NCBI GenBank assembly: GCA_042408215.1
Contig: JAYFMW010000030.1
Coordinates: 448,001-512,000 of the forward strand
Reading direction: 5' to 3'
DNA from: Microcoleus sp.
GTDB taxonomy: Bacteria > Cyanobacteriota > Cyanobacteriia > Cyanobacteriales > Microcoleaceae
DNA: 64,000 nt
Part shown: piece after piece, positions 1 through 9,809 of the stretch
Position numbering within the stretch: position 1 is the stretch's first letter
How the letters are laid out: each line of letters opens with the position of its first letter
Position numbers and translations under genes: made by a program
Notes under the pieces: model-generated
What the model was told of the DNA's origin: nothing
Databases searched by the model: none
The model's input: only the letters and a program-made list of their open reading frames with translations

Positions 1-13
1 ATCGCTAGACGTA

Positions 14-880
14 TTAAACCATCATCAGGTTTAGCTCATCTTCCTCTTTCTTGACCACAGGTTGAACTGGATTTAAATAAAAATCTGACAACAAGGAGAA
101 TAATTCGCGATCGGGGGTGTCATTGGGCACTACTCCTTCGGGCATTGCCAAGATTTGGTCGGCGATGTTGAGGTAGTAATCGCAGACGTAGTTGAGGGAT
201 GGGTCAGACTCTGCCATTTCAAACAAAGTTTTGCCTTTGACGCGAGAAACGCGGATGTCTTCGATTAGGGGCAGCACTTCCAGCACCGGCATGGGTACTG
301 TGTCTATGTATTTGTCAATCAAGTCACGCTTGGAGGTGCGGTTGCCAATTAAACCAGCGAGTCGCAGGGGGTGAGTGCGGGCTTTTTCGCGGACTGAGGC
401 GGCGATGCGGTTGGCGGCAAATAGGGCATCAAATCCGTTGTCTGTCACAATCATGCAGTAGTCGGCATAGTTCAAGGGGGCGGCAAAACCGCCACACACT
501 ACGTCGCCTAGCACGTCGAACAGGATGATGTCGTATTCCTCGAAGGCGTTGAGTTCTTTTAGCAGTTTGACGGTTTCTCCGACGACGTAGCCGCCGCAAC
601 CAGCTCCTGCGGGGGGGCCGCCTGCTTCTACGCAGTCAACGCCACCGTAGCCTTTGTAGATGACATCTTCGGGCCAAACGTCTTCGTAGTGATAGTCCTT
701 TTCTTGAAGGGTGTCAATAATTGTGGGGATCAGGAAGCCCGTGAGGGTAAATGTGCTGTCGTGCTTTGGATCGCAACCGATTTGCAGAACTTTTTTGCCA
801 CGCTTGGCTAGAGCAACGGAGATGTTGCAGCTTGTTGTTGATTTACCGATTCCACCTTTTCCGTAAACTGCGAGTTTCAC
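14..880 (-). CDS. chlL: Dark-operative protochlorophyllide reductase Fe-S ATP-binding subunit
   Basis: [55 protein letters not shown]: ChlL/BchL signature. Confidence 0.97.
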   Translation of the reverse strand: MKLAVYGKGGIGKSTTSCNISVALAKRGKKVLQIGCDPKHDSTFTLTGFLIPTIIDTLQEKDYHYEDVWPEDVIYKGYGGVDCVEAGGPPAGAGCGGYVVGETVKLLKELNAFEEYDIILFDVLGDVVCGGFAAPLNYADYCMIVTDNGFDALFAANRIAASVREKARTHPLRLAGLIGNRTSKRDLIDKYIDTVPMPVLEVLPLIEDIRVSRVKGKTLFEMAESDPSLNYVCDYYLNIADQILAMPEGVVPNDTPDRELFSLLSDFYLNPVQPVVKKEEDELNLMMV

Positions 881-1468
881 TGTTTGTTCTCCTATAGGTT
901 TCTCTGAAAACGATCGGGGGCTGGGCTTTCGCGCTTTGATGTTGCGATCGCCCTTACTGCAATACCCAACTCCAATGCCCTTACTGCCATGCCCAACTGC
1001 AATGCTTTGTCTGTCAATTTGGGAGTCGGCTTTTTTGAGCTCGTTGAAAGCATTATTAGCTAACTTGCTGGGAAAAGAAAGGGGGCACCGAAATGAAAAC
1101 GCTAGTAAATTACGTTATTTTGCATCTTTGGGAATCTTAGCTGAGTTTTCAATTTACCAGTCTATTTTTAGGTTTTTTTTAGATTTTAAATTGATTTTAC
1201 ACTACTACTTTTAAATAAAGAGGTACAAAAATAAAATAAAAGTTTACTTCTGAAACCAGGGCTGTGAGCTTTGAGTCTAGGATGGAGGCAGTTGGGGACT
1301 GTTGTGGGGAATTACTACGGGTAAACAGGGGCTGATGGATGGGGCTAACTCGGAGTGAGTTCGACTAATTGGGTCTGCCGAAGGCAAAGTTAAGTTAGCA
1401 GAAAGCGATCGCCAGTGATTTTGATTGGCTTTCTGGGATTTTGTAAAATATTGTGAATTTTTAGGAAT

Positions 1469-1503
1469 GGTTGACGGTTGACGGTTGACGGTTGACGGTT
1501 GAC
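1469..1503. repeat. Heptamer tandem repeat (GGTTGAC)x5
   Basis: Direct reading. Confidence 0.9.
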
Positions 1504-1615
1504 AGTCCTGGATGCACTCCGACTAAAGAAACCGGGTTTTTTACCGAGTGTGCGGGATGCAACCTGTGTATTTTTGTAAAAAACCCGGTTTCTGGGCCCC
1601 CATGCGTCCAGGACT
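1504..1615. mobile_element. MITE-like element with internal AGAAACCGGGTTT...AAACCCGGTTTCT palindrome
   Basis: Ends AGTCCTGGATGCA / TGCGTCCAGGACT; the internal palindrome family recurs at about 4271-4340, 23460, 32035-32098 and 32811-33060. Confidence 0.65.
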
Positions 1616-1659
1616 ATGTTGACTAACGTTATTGGTTATTAGCAGCCCCAAGGGAGTAA

Positions 1660-1838
1660 CAAATAACAAATAACCAATAACTAATGACTAATGACCAATG
1701 ACCAATGACTACTGACTAATGACTAATGACTAATGACTACTGACTACTGACTACTGACTACTGACTACTGACTACTGACTACTGACTACTGACTACTGAC
1801 TACTGACTACTGACTACTGACTACTGACTACTGACTAT
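1660..1838. repeat. STRR heptamer array (TGACTAC/TGACTAA/TGACCAA)
   Basis: Direct reading; overlaps the stop codon of the upstream minus-strand kinase. Confidence 0.95.
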
Positions 1839-4010
1839 CGGAATTTCGATCGCAAACTCAGTACCCACTCCAGCCTCAGAAACGCATTCCAGTCGCCCCC
1901 CGTGTTGTTCCACAATTAAATGGTAAGAAATAGACAGCCCCAGCCCAGTGCCCTTACCGACAGGTTTGGTAGTAAAAAACGGGTCAAATAATTTACTGCG
2001 AATCTGAGCAGGTATGCCGCCGCCGTTGTCGGAAATGCGGATCGCCACAAAATTGCAGTCAATAACTTCAGTGCGAATTGTAACAGAGGGAACACTCAAT
2101 TGAGAACTAACAATTGGCCCCAGTGGATTTGTCCCATTTTCCCTTGCCCATTTACCATTCTTGATTTCCTGATCCAAAGCATCAATAGCATTACCGATAA
2201 TATTCATAAACACTTGATTTATCTGACCGGCACAGCACTCGATGCGGGGCAAATCGCCGTATTCTTTAATAATTTGAATAGCTGAATGTCCACCGTAAGC
2301 TTTGAGGCGGTGCTGCAAAATCAGCAAAGTGCTGTCAAGCCCTTCGTGAATGTCCACTAGCTTGATGTTAGCTTGATCCGATCGCGAAAAATTACGCATT
2401 GACAAAACTATTTGACGGATGCGATCGGTTCCTACTTGCATGGAAGACAGAATTTTAGATAAATCTTCCACTAAAAAATCGACATCAATATCTGCTGCTA
2501 CTGCTCGAATTTCCGACACTGGTTCGGGATAGTGCTTCTGGTAAAGTCCCAACAGTTGAATTAATTCTTTGATGTAATGACTGGTGTGGGAAAGATTGCC
2601 GTAGATAAAATTAACTGGATTGTTAATTTCATGGGCGATGCCGGCAATCATTTGTCCCAAAGAAGACATTTTTTCAGTTTGCACAAGTTGACTTTGAGTT
2701 TGCTGCAACTTCCGCACAGTTTCCTCTAATTGGTGCGCTTGATTTTTCAAGCTAGTTTGCGAGAGTCGCAGCACTTCTTCGACTCGCTGCCGCTTAATCA
2801 GATCTCGTCTTAACAATTCATTGGATTCTAAAAGTTGAGCAGTGCGTTCTTCAACTTGTCTTTTCAAGTCGTCGTGAGCTTGGCGTAGGGCTTCTTCTGC
2901 CCGCAGGCGCTCGAAAATTTCTTGCTGTAATTGCTCGTTGGCGAGTTGCAGTTGGGAGGCTCTATCGTCCACTGCTTGTTGCAAAATCTCGATCGTCCCG
3001 TACATTTCAGATTGATTAAAAACTGGCGGCAAACTCGCCTGAGACACAACGCCCAACAGTTCTCCCTGAGTACCAACTACTACCAAACGGCGCACGCAGT
3101 GCCGCTGTATTTCCTGGTGCGCCTTCCACAGGGAATCGGCGGGAGATAAACAAAATAGGGGCGCACTCATGGCCTGGGCCACGGATATTTGGGAGAAATT
3201 TAATTCGAGGGCGTGAAACTGTACGATGTCGCGCTCGGTGACTATACCCACAGGAATTAATAGTGGGGAATTGCTGGTGGGAAATTGACTATTTTCGGTG
3301 GCTGCGATCGCCCGTTGTGGATGGGGAATTTTTGCTTCGACGATCACGATGTAATTGACTTGATGCTTGACCATAAGCTGGGCTAAATCGAGGGCTGAGG
3401 CAGTTTTTGGGGCGTAAATGACTTCTTGAGTCATGACATCTGCTACAGTTCGCAAATTGCTCTGTAAGTTAACTGGTTGGAGAGCTTCGTAAATTGCTTC
3501 GCGGGTGATGATTCCCAAAAGTCGATCGTCCCTGTCCACTATCGGTAAATGCCGGATCTGGTGTTGGCGCAATAGGAAGATCGCGGTGAAAATATCTGGA
3601 GCCTCCGATTGTCTGAGAGTAATGGGCGATGGAGTCATCACCTCACCAATCGTCAGACCGATCGAACAAGCTTCGGCCGTGGTTAACTTGATGATATCCC
3701 GCTCAGTGAAAATACCGATTAGCCGCGATTCTTTGACTACTAAGACGCAACTGCGTTTGGCGGCGCTGACAACTGGGTTTTGTCGATCGCCCGAAATGTG
3801 ACAGGAGACGCGCATCGGGTTCATCAGAGCCAATACCCTGGCGATCGGAGTTTCTGGAGTAACTATTAGGGGATTAGGGTCGATCGCCCCATCTAAAGGT
3901 GACGAGTAGAGGGGGCGAGTTTTCGGTTCGATGGCTGGGCCTGATGATTTAATTGTTGGTTGTTGTGGGTCGAAATTTAGGAAATGCTGCAATTTTTGTT
4001 CCTGTAGCAT
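1821..4010 (-). CDS. CBS-domain sensor histidine kinase
   Basis: Four CBS repeats (LIGIFTERDI, IRHLPIVD), coiled coil, H-box AGIAHEINNP, N/G1/F/G2 boxes. Confidence 0.92.
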   Translation of the reverse strand: MLQEQKLQHFLNFDPQQPTIKSSGPAIEPKTRPLYSSPLDGAIDPNPLIVTPETPIARVLALMNPMRVSCHISGDRQNPVVSAAKRSCVLVVKESRLIGIFTERDIIKLTTAEACSIGLTIGEVMTPSPITLRQSEAPDIFTAIFLLRQHQIRHLPIVDRDDRLLGIITREAIYEALQPVNLQSNLRTVADVMTQEVIYAPKTASALDLAQLMVKHQVNYIVIVEAKIPHPQRAIAATENSQFPTSNSPLLIPVGIVTERDIVQFHALELNFSQISVAQAMSAPLFCLSPADSLWKAHQEIQRHCVRRLVVVGTQGELLGVVSQASLPPVFNQSEMYGTIEILQQAVDDRASQLQLANEQLQQEIFERLRAEEALRQAHDDLKRQVEERTAQLLESNELLRRDLIKRQRVEEVLRLSQTSLKNQAHQLEETVRKLQQTQSQLVQTEKMSSLGQMIAGIAHEINNPVNFIYGNLSHTSHYIKELIQLLGLYQKHYPEPVSEIRAVAADIDVDFLVEDLSKILSSMQVGTDRIRQIVLSMRNFSRSDQANIKLVDIHEGLDSTLLILQHRLKAYGGHSAIQIIKEYGDLPRIECCAGQINQVFMNIIGNAIDALDQEIKNGKWARENGTNPLGPIVSSQLSVPSVTIRTEVIDCNFVAIRISDNGGGIPAQIRSKLFDPFFTTKPVGKGTGLGLSISYHLIVEQHGGRLECVSEAGVGTEFAIEIPIVSSQ

Positions 4011-4458
4011 AGTTTTTTTTTAATTTTTCTTAATGAATTGTTACAATTTCGAGGAATTTTCTGGGCAGACTTATAGCTGAAGGAAGAAGGAAGTTCGGCA
4101 ACGGATTCGCTCCACGGATGTAACGGATGTAACGCCCGGAAGGAAGACGGAAAAAGGAAAAAGGAAAAAGGAAAAAGGCAGACGGAAGACGGAAAATGCT
4201 ATAGAATCAATGGTTTCAGCAATTAAAAACGCCCTAATTACCGAGAAGGTTGCTATATCCAAAAGCTATGAAAAAACTGGGTTTTTGAGTCTAGCGTTTG
4301 GCTTCAAGCAGAGAATTTTTGTTCATAAACCCGGTTCCTGAGTAAGTCTGAAGTAGTAGGTGAAAGATGTTCGATCGCCTCAAATCTCATTTCTAGCAAA
4401 ACCCATCCACCAAAGAGCGGTCACGCTCGCGAAGCCGAAGTGTTAATTTTTAATTTTT

Positions 4459-7062
4459 ATGTCGTGGACACCCTTAAGTCACCGGATTCATCATTTGCCG
4501 CTCATTCTGGCTGGCCCGATTTTACGCCGGACAGAAAGGAAGGCTGTGACAGTTTGGCTAGCTCTCAAAGCACCTCGCCAAGTCAAACTCAAGGTTTACT
4601 CGACGGAGGGCGGAACTGGCGAAATTGTCGATCGGCCCTTACTCCAAGGTACAGGTTCTACTGTGCAACTGGGCAAATACCTGCACGTAGTGGCCGTGAC
4701 TGCTATACCGATCGATAGCAATTGCTTGACATCCGGGCAAATTTATGCTTATGACATCGAGTTGGCCGATAGTCGCGAGTCGCGATCGGGAATTCCAGGA
4801 CTCGAAAATGAGAGAGAAAATCTCATTTCTTGTCTGTGGCCAGCCACCCCTGAGTTATCGCCGCCACAGCCACAGACAATCAGTTATTTCGATCACCAGT
4901 TGCCCACTTTTGCTCAGCCACCGGACGATTTAAACTATTTGCGGATTGTTCATGGTTCTTGTCGCAAGCCTCACGGAGGGGGACGAGATGCACTCCCAAT
5001 CTTGGATAGTTCGATCGAACAGTTCGCAGGTATGGCAAATTCCAGGCCTCACCAACTATTTTTAACGGGCGACCAAATTTACGGCGATGACGTAGCCGAT
5101 CCGATGCTGTGGGCTTTGACTGATGCTGGGGATACACTCTTGGGCTGGGAAGAGAATTTGCCCCTGATGGATGATGCCCAAATTAACAATAATTTGTGTA
5201 CCAGTATACCTGAAAATCCGGCAAAGGGAAAGATCATTCGCGAAACAAGGGAAAATTCTAGTGAGTCACCAATTCACAAGCAGGCTGATGCTGAGTCTAA
5301 ATACAAAAAACCAGTTCAATTAAAGCCTGGGAATCGCTGCGATATTGCGAGAGATTTTGGTGGCTTTACAGCAATGTTGGTGAATAAACCCGACAAGGCT
5401 AAAAGTCATTTGTTTAGCCTGGGGGAATATTATGCGATGTATTTGTTAGTTTGGTCGCCGATACTTTGGTGCGATAGTTTTCCGAAGGGTAAGGATATTT
5501 GTGAAAATGTCAAGCAGGCAAAAGTCTGGGATCGAGAAGCTTTTGAACTTGAAAGTTTTGCTAGGGATTTGTGGAGAGTCAGGAGGGCGATCGCCAATAT
5601 TCCTACTTATACCATTTGCGATGACCACGATGTTAGTGATGACTGGTATTTGAATCGAGAATGGTGTTACCGGGTGCTGGGTAAGCCGCTGGGCCGGCGG
5701 GTGGTGCAGAATGCTTTGCTGGCTTATGCTGTGTTTCAGGCTTGGGGAAATACGCCGGAACAGTTCGATCGCGGAGAAGTGGGAGATAAATTATTAACAA
5801 CTGCTGCAAAATGGTCTGAGTCGGCTGGTACTAATGTTGCTGTTTGGTCAGAGGCGGCTTCGTATTTGGGAATTCCGGGAATTGATATTGAGACTGGTTT
5901 GCCGAAGTTTAAATTAGATGAAGATGTTTTCATTTTTGATCGGGATGGCGAGGGCGTAAATGAGGTTTTGGATTGGCATTTTACTGTGAGAAGTTTTAAG
6001 CATGAGGTGATTGTGCTGGATACGCGGACTTGGCGGGGATATCCGACAGAAATGGCGATCGATCCGCCGATGCTTTTGACTCACAAAGCTTTTGAGGAGC
6101 AAATTCAGAAGCCTTTGCTGGAGACTGAATTATTGAATAAAACTGGGGAGTTTGATATTGAGGCGACGTTGGTAATTGTACCGACAAATTTGGTGGGTTT
6201 GTGGATTATTGATGCGGTTCAAAAGTGGGAAGTGGAGCACGGGAGGGTTTTTAATAGTGACGCGGGGGATGCTTGGAATTTTCATGAGTTGGCTTTTGTG
6301 AAGCTGTTGGCGGAGTTTTTTAAACAGCGCGCGAGGGTGATTGTGTTGACGGGGGATATTCACTATGCTGCTGCTGTGCGGTTGAGTTATTGGTCCGAGC
6401 GTCATTTTGGGGATTCTCCTACAGAAATTAACAGGCGGGACGCCTGTTCCACAGCAGAGGGGAAAGAGGGAGTTTTGGGTTTGAATGGGGCGAATTCTCA
6501 GTCAAATTTTCAATCTTCTGTGTTGGCGCAGTTGACTGCTAGTGCTTTGATTAATGAGGAGTGGAAAACGCATTTAATTCATACTAAGATTAAGTCGCTG
6601 CTTCCTGAGCGATCGCATGAGTGTTTGGGATGGAATGAGCCACTGGAATTAATGAAGGTTTCGAGGGTTAACAGAAAGAAGGCGATCGCGGCTGCTGTCA
6701 GAAACAGACAATCTCTGCCTGATTGGGGCTATCGGATTGATTGGATTAAACGACAAAAAGCTCGGCTATTCTTGCAGCATGAAAGTGGGATTTTGTCAAG
6801 TAAATCTGCCCAAAATAAGCAATTTTCATTGGTGCAAAGGTTGTGGCAGATTATATCGCTGTTGTGGCGCAATCGCTGGCTGCAAGAGGGTGATGAGATT
6901 GTGGGATATAGCAATATTGCGATCGTCAGTTTTCAGTGGCCTGCTGATGGTGATGGGGAGAAAGCGGTGATTCAAAATGTTTATTGGCGGCCTCTTTGGG
7001 CACCGGATAGTGTGGTTTATAGTCAATATTTTGTGTCGCTAGAAACAAATAAGGATGATTAG
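4459..7062 (+). CDS. PhoD-like metallophosphatase
   Basis: HGSCRKPH, LTGDQIYGDDV, ICDDHDVSDDW, LDTRT, LTGDIH motifs. Confidence 0.8.
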   Translation: MSWTPLSHRIHHLPLILAGPILRRTERKAVTVWLALKAPRQVKLKVYSTEGGTGEIVDRPLLQGTGSTVQLGKYLHVVAVTAIPIDSNCLTSGQIYAYDIELADSRESRSGIPGLENERENLISCLWPATPELSPPQPQTISYFDHQLPTFAQPPDDLNYLRIVHGSCRKPHGGGRDALPILDSSIEQFAGMANSRPHQLFLTGDQIYGDDVADPMLWALTDAGDTLLGWEENLPLMDDAQINNNLCTSIPENPAKGKIIRETRENSSESPIHKQADAESKYKKPVQLKPGNRCDIARDFGGFTAMLVNKPDKAKSHLFSLGEYYAMYLLVWSPILWCDSFPKGKDICENVKQAKVWDREAFELESFARDLWRVRRAIANIPTYTICDDHDVSDDWYLNREWCYRVLGKPLGRRVVQNALLAYAVFQAWGNTPEQFDRGEVGDKLLTTAAKWSESAGTNVAVWSEAASYLGIPGIDIETGLPKFKLDEDVFIFDRDGEGVNEVLDWHFTVRSFKHEVIVLDTRTWRGYPTEMAIDPPMLLTHKAFEEQIQKPLLETELLNKTGEFDIEATLVIVPTNLVGLWIIDAVQKWEVEHGRVFNSDAGDAWNFHELAFVKLLAEFFKQRARVIVLTGDIHYAAAVRLSYWSERHFGDSPTEINRRDACSTAEGKEGVLGLNGANSQSNFQSSVLAQLTASALINEEWKTHLIHTKIKSLLPERSHECLGWNEPLELMKVSRVNRKKAIAAAVRNRQSLPDWGYRIDWIKRQKARLFLQHESGILSSKSAQNKQFSLVQRLWQIISLLWRNRWLQEGDEIVGYSNIAIVSFQWPADGDGEKAVIQNVYWRPLWAPDSVVYSQYFVSLETNKDD

Positions 7063-7092
7063 ATTCCCCGGCGGTTTCCAACCGCCGAGTAA

Positions 7093-7420
7093 TACCAATT
7101 TAATGGGTCGTTGCATATATCTCGATCCCCCTCGCATCCCCCTTAATAAGGGAGTAGGGTGTGATCTTGTTTACGGTTGCATCGGAATGATTTAACCGCA
7201 GAGACCACAGAGGACACAGAGGAAGAGAGAGATGAATAATTCCGATACCAACGGATTTGATATAATGGGGTAGGGACACGACTGTCTTGTCACTCGGTAT
7301 CATTCCGATGCAACCGGAAACGATATGAGTAGGGGTTGACTTTGAGCAGAATCTTGTTCCCCCCTTATTAAGGGGGGTTAGGGGGGATCAGATTCTACGC
7401 AGCCTCATAAAAAACTGGTA
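7093..7420. mobile_element. MITE (TACCA...TGGTA ends, TAA TSD) carrying a nested insertion
   Basis: TAA at 7090-7092 and 7421-7423; reverse complement of 9101-9265 apart from the 7165-7325 insert. Confidence 0.85.
7165..7325. mobile_element. Nested 161-bp MITE, 27-bp imperfect TIR, TGA TSD
   Basis: TCTTGTTTACGGTTGCATCGGAATGAT ... ATCATTCCGATGCAACCGGAAACGATA; TGA at 7162-7164 and 7326-7328; the empty site is visible in the 9101-9265 copy. Confidence 0.85.
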
Positions 7421-7479
7421 TAACACGGACGTTTGTGTAGACGCGGTTTCCAACCGCCGAATCTACGAAACACGCCATC

Positions 7480-7650
7480 TTATCCCAACAAATCCAGAAA
7501 CCGCACATCACCCCGAATCCCATCAAAACCCGCATTAGTTTTCGCTAACTCTCGATATTCTTCCGGTTCCAATTCAATCGCGCGCCACAAATTTTTCTGA
7601 GATAGCTCAACATTAATTTGCAAGGCGTAAATGCAAGCTTTGTGATCATA
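7480..7650 (-). pseudogene. 3-prime remnant of a TPR-domain gene
   Basis: Manual translation YDHKACIYALQINVELSQKNLWRAIELEPEEYRELAKTNAGFDGIRGDVRFLDLLG*, resembling cyanobacterial TPR C-terminal ends; no start, cut by the element at 7649. Confidence 0.65.
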
Positions 7651-7914
7651 TAGCGGTTTTCAACCGCATGAGGTACAAGCCGATCGATGTCCTAGCCCTA
7701 GGGCGTGTTTTCAAACTCTAAGATCCCCCCGGCCCCCCTTAACAAGGGGGGAGAAAGAGTCTCTTTCGTCAACCCCTACTCACACCCTACTCCCTTTTTA
7801 AGGGGGATGCGAGGGGGATCTTCGAGAGATTCGGTTCATAATCAGTAGTTTGAAAACACGCCCTAGCCCTAGCCCAATCCCCAAGCGTACCTCATTGAAC
7901 AGAGAAGGGCTATA
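7649..7914. mobile_element. MITE-like shell (TATAGC...ATGAGGTAC / GTACCTCAT...GCTATA) containing a nested element
   Basis: Imperfect inverted ends; related element at 41913-42021. Confidence 0.55.
7701..7863. mobile_element. MITE with 17-bp TIR GGGCGTGTTTTCAAACT, flanked by TA
   Basis: Perfect TIR; TA on both sides; internal CCCCCCTT..AAGGGGGG hairpin core. Confidence 0.85.
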
Positions 7915-8028
7915 TATTGATTTACCTCAGTAGACGTATTCTCTGTATTTACTTGTTTTAACATAGTTGGTTTTTTTCGCGCCGACCTACTTATCCTAAA
8001 ATTCAACTATGGATTGTGTCTACCTACT

Positions 8029-8955
8029 TTAACTATAACTATCCTCAATATACTCAATAATACAGCCAGCCACATACTCAGCCAGCTTGACAGGAACAGC
8101 ATTACCAATCATTTGTTCTAAATCAGACTTATTTCCCTGAAACTTAAACGTCTTAGGAAATGTTTGAATATAACTCCGCTCAATAGTCGTCAAAGGGCGT
8201 AACCTCTCATCAATATCGCACAAATCTCCTTCATGCTTCTTGTACGTCTTGGGAATTGGACGATTAACACCTCGAACTGTCGGACTAGGTTCGTGGATGC
8301 TGAAAACTCCCCTTCTCTTATAGCTTCTCGGATGCCGATAAAAATACTCAATACCTAAATCATCACCTAAATATTCAAAAACATTCATAGGAGTTTTAGA
8401 CTGATTTTTGGTTAAATAAGAACTCAAAACACCATCTTCTCCATCCAATTGACCAATCAAAAAATATCGTTTCCTAGCTTGGGGAACCCCACAATAGCTG
8501 GCATTCAAAACGGAAGAACTTAAACCATAGCCACTGGTTCTAAATGTTTCTAAAACTTCCTCTAAAATTTGGCTTTTTTGAATTCTGGCAACATTCTCCA
8601 TGACAAACCATCTAGGCTTAATGCTAGTAATAATCTTCGCAAATGCTAAAGATAAATCTGCTCTCCCAAGATTTTCATCTCTTTTACCGGCGCTGGAAAA
8701 ATCTTGGCATGGAGGTCCACCAATAATGATATCTGGACTGAAATCACCGATCGATGAACAGACATCTGCTTGTGATAAGTCTTTCTCAAATATCGGATGT
8801 TGGAAGTTTTCTTTATATACTTGAATGGCTGGATGCCAGTAGTCAAAAGCTGCTACTACATTGAATCCAGCATTTTGAAATCCGAGTGATAAGCCTCCAC
8901 AGCCTGCAAATAAATCTACTGTTCTCATTTTTGTAAAGTTACTCTTAGAACCCAT
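8029..8955 (-). CDS. DNA (cytosine-5) methyltransferase, orphan, M.HgiDI-like (start possibly 8928)
   Basis: DLFAGCGG, GGPPCQDFS, MENV, PQARKR, IGNAVP; the TRD YRHPRSYKRRGVFSIHEPSPTVRGVNRP resembles GRCGYC-specific enzymes as recalled, not searched. Confidence 0.93.
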   Translation of the reverse strand: MGSKSNFTKMRTVDLFAGCGGLSLGFQNAGFNVVAAFDYWHPAIQVYKENFQHPIFEKDLSQADVCSSIGDFSPDIIIGGPPCQDFSSAGKRDENLGRADLSLAFAKIITSIKPRWFVMENVARIQKSQILEEVLETFRTSGYGLSSSVLNASYCGVPQARKRYFLIGQLDGEDGVLSSYLTKNQSKTPMNVFEYLGDDLGIEYFYRHPRSYKRRGVFSIHEPSPTVRGVNRPIPKTYKKHEGDLCDIDERLRPLTTIERSYIQTFPKTFKFQGNKSDLEQMIGNAVPVKLAEYVAGCIIEYIEDSYS

Positions 8956-8966
8956 GATATGTTAGT

Positions 8967-9274
8967 CAGGACTTACGCATTGTAATGGTGTTGTAAGGGC
9001 TTCGGCCGTGAGCTCAGCGTTCGACCGATCGCGCCGAAGTCCGAACCTGTGAGATGCTTCGCGACCCTCAGAATGAGATAATTACGTTGTTAATGCGTAA
9101 TACCAGTTTTTTATGAGGCCCCGTAGAATCTGATCCCCCCTAACCCCCCTTAATAAGGGGGGAACAAGATTCTGCTCTTTCGTCACCCCCTACTCACACC
9201 CTACTCCCTTATTAAGGGGGATGCGAGGGGGATCGAGATATATGCAACGACCCATTAAATTGGTATAAGTCCTA
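8967..9274. mobile_element. MITE with CAGGACTTACGCATT-type TIR and TTAGT TSD, right TIR split by another MITE
   Basis: AGGACTTACGCATT at 8968; AATGCGTAA|insert|GTCCT on the right; TTAGT at 8962-8966 and 9275-9279. Confidence 0.8.
9101..9265. mobile_element. MITE (TACCA...TGGTA ends, TAA TSD)
   Basis: TAA at 9098-9100 and 9266-9268; second copy at 7093-7420. Confidence 0.85.
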
Positions 9275-9311
9275 TTAGTCGAATAGATCGGGATAGTTAT
9301 AAATAATAGCA

Positions 9312-9625
9312 TCAAATTTTCTCTCTGGAATCAACATTTTTTTGCCACAGTCTCAAATAGTTTTTTGGGGAGGTGCGTTTGAAAGCGGAACTAAAACTAA
9401 CTTCCACGATGATTCCTCAATCAGTTGTCTCAGTTCGCTAATATGGTCGAAAAACTTCACCTCACCTTTTTGATGTTATACCTGCGATAACTTGAAGTTT
9501 TGATAGATCTGATCGTGGCGTTCTTCACGGATATATTGGTTCAACAACTGTTGAATTTCCTGCTTTTCATTTGTGGAAATATCTTTGATCGCTTCAACTA
9601 CATCATTAAAAGTTATCGTTGGCAA
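9312..9625 (-). pseudogene. Decayed type II toxin-antitoxin pair (antitoxin with internal stop; RelE/YafQ-like toxin truncated)
   Basis: Manual translation LPTITFNDVVEAIKDISTNEKQEIQQLLNQYIREERHDQIYQNFKLSQV*HQKGEVKFFDHISELRQLIEE, overlapped by GTG at 9407 giving MEVSFSSAFKRT and then divergence. Confidence 0.65.
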
Positions 9626-9809
9626 GACCTCATATTAATTGTCTATTCTCTAAGTTCATATTAACTATTTTGCTCCAAAAGTGCCGATCGCGACTACCAA
9701 TACCACCGGCGCGGGCACTTCCCCAAACACCAAATAACCCAAACCAGCAGCCCAGACAGAAGAAAACGCTAAAATAGTAATAGACATCCTACAATCTCGG
9801 AGTTAGTTC

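Noticed and set aside
14..880. nifH
   Set aside because: [10 protein letters not shown] and GCGGYVVGE are ChlL-type, and chlB is present while no nif genes are
7090..9268. Composite transposon of two inverted MITEs carrying the methyltransferase
   Set aside because: Each copy has its own TAA duplication, and the right copy interrupts an element whose two halves lie on either side of it, so the insertions were independent
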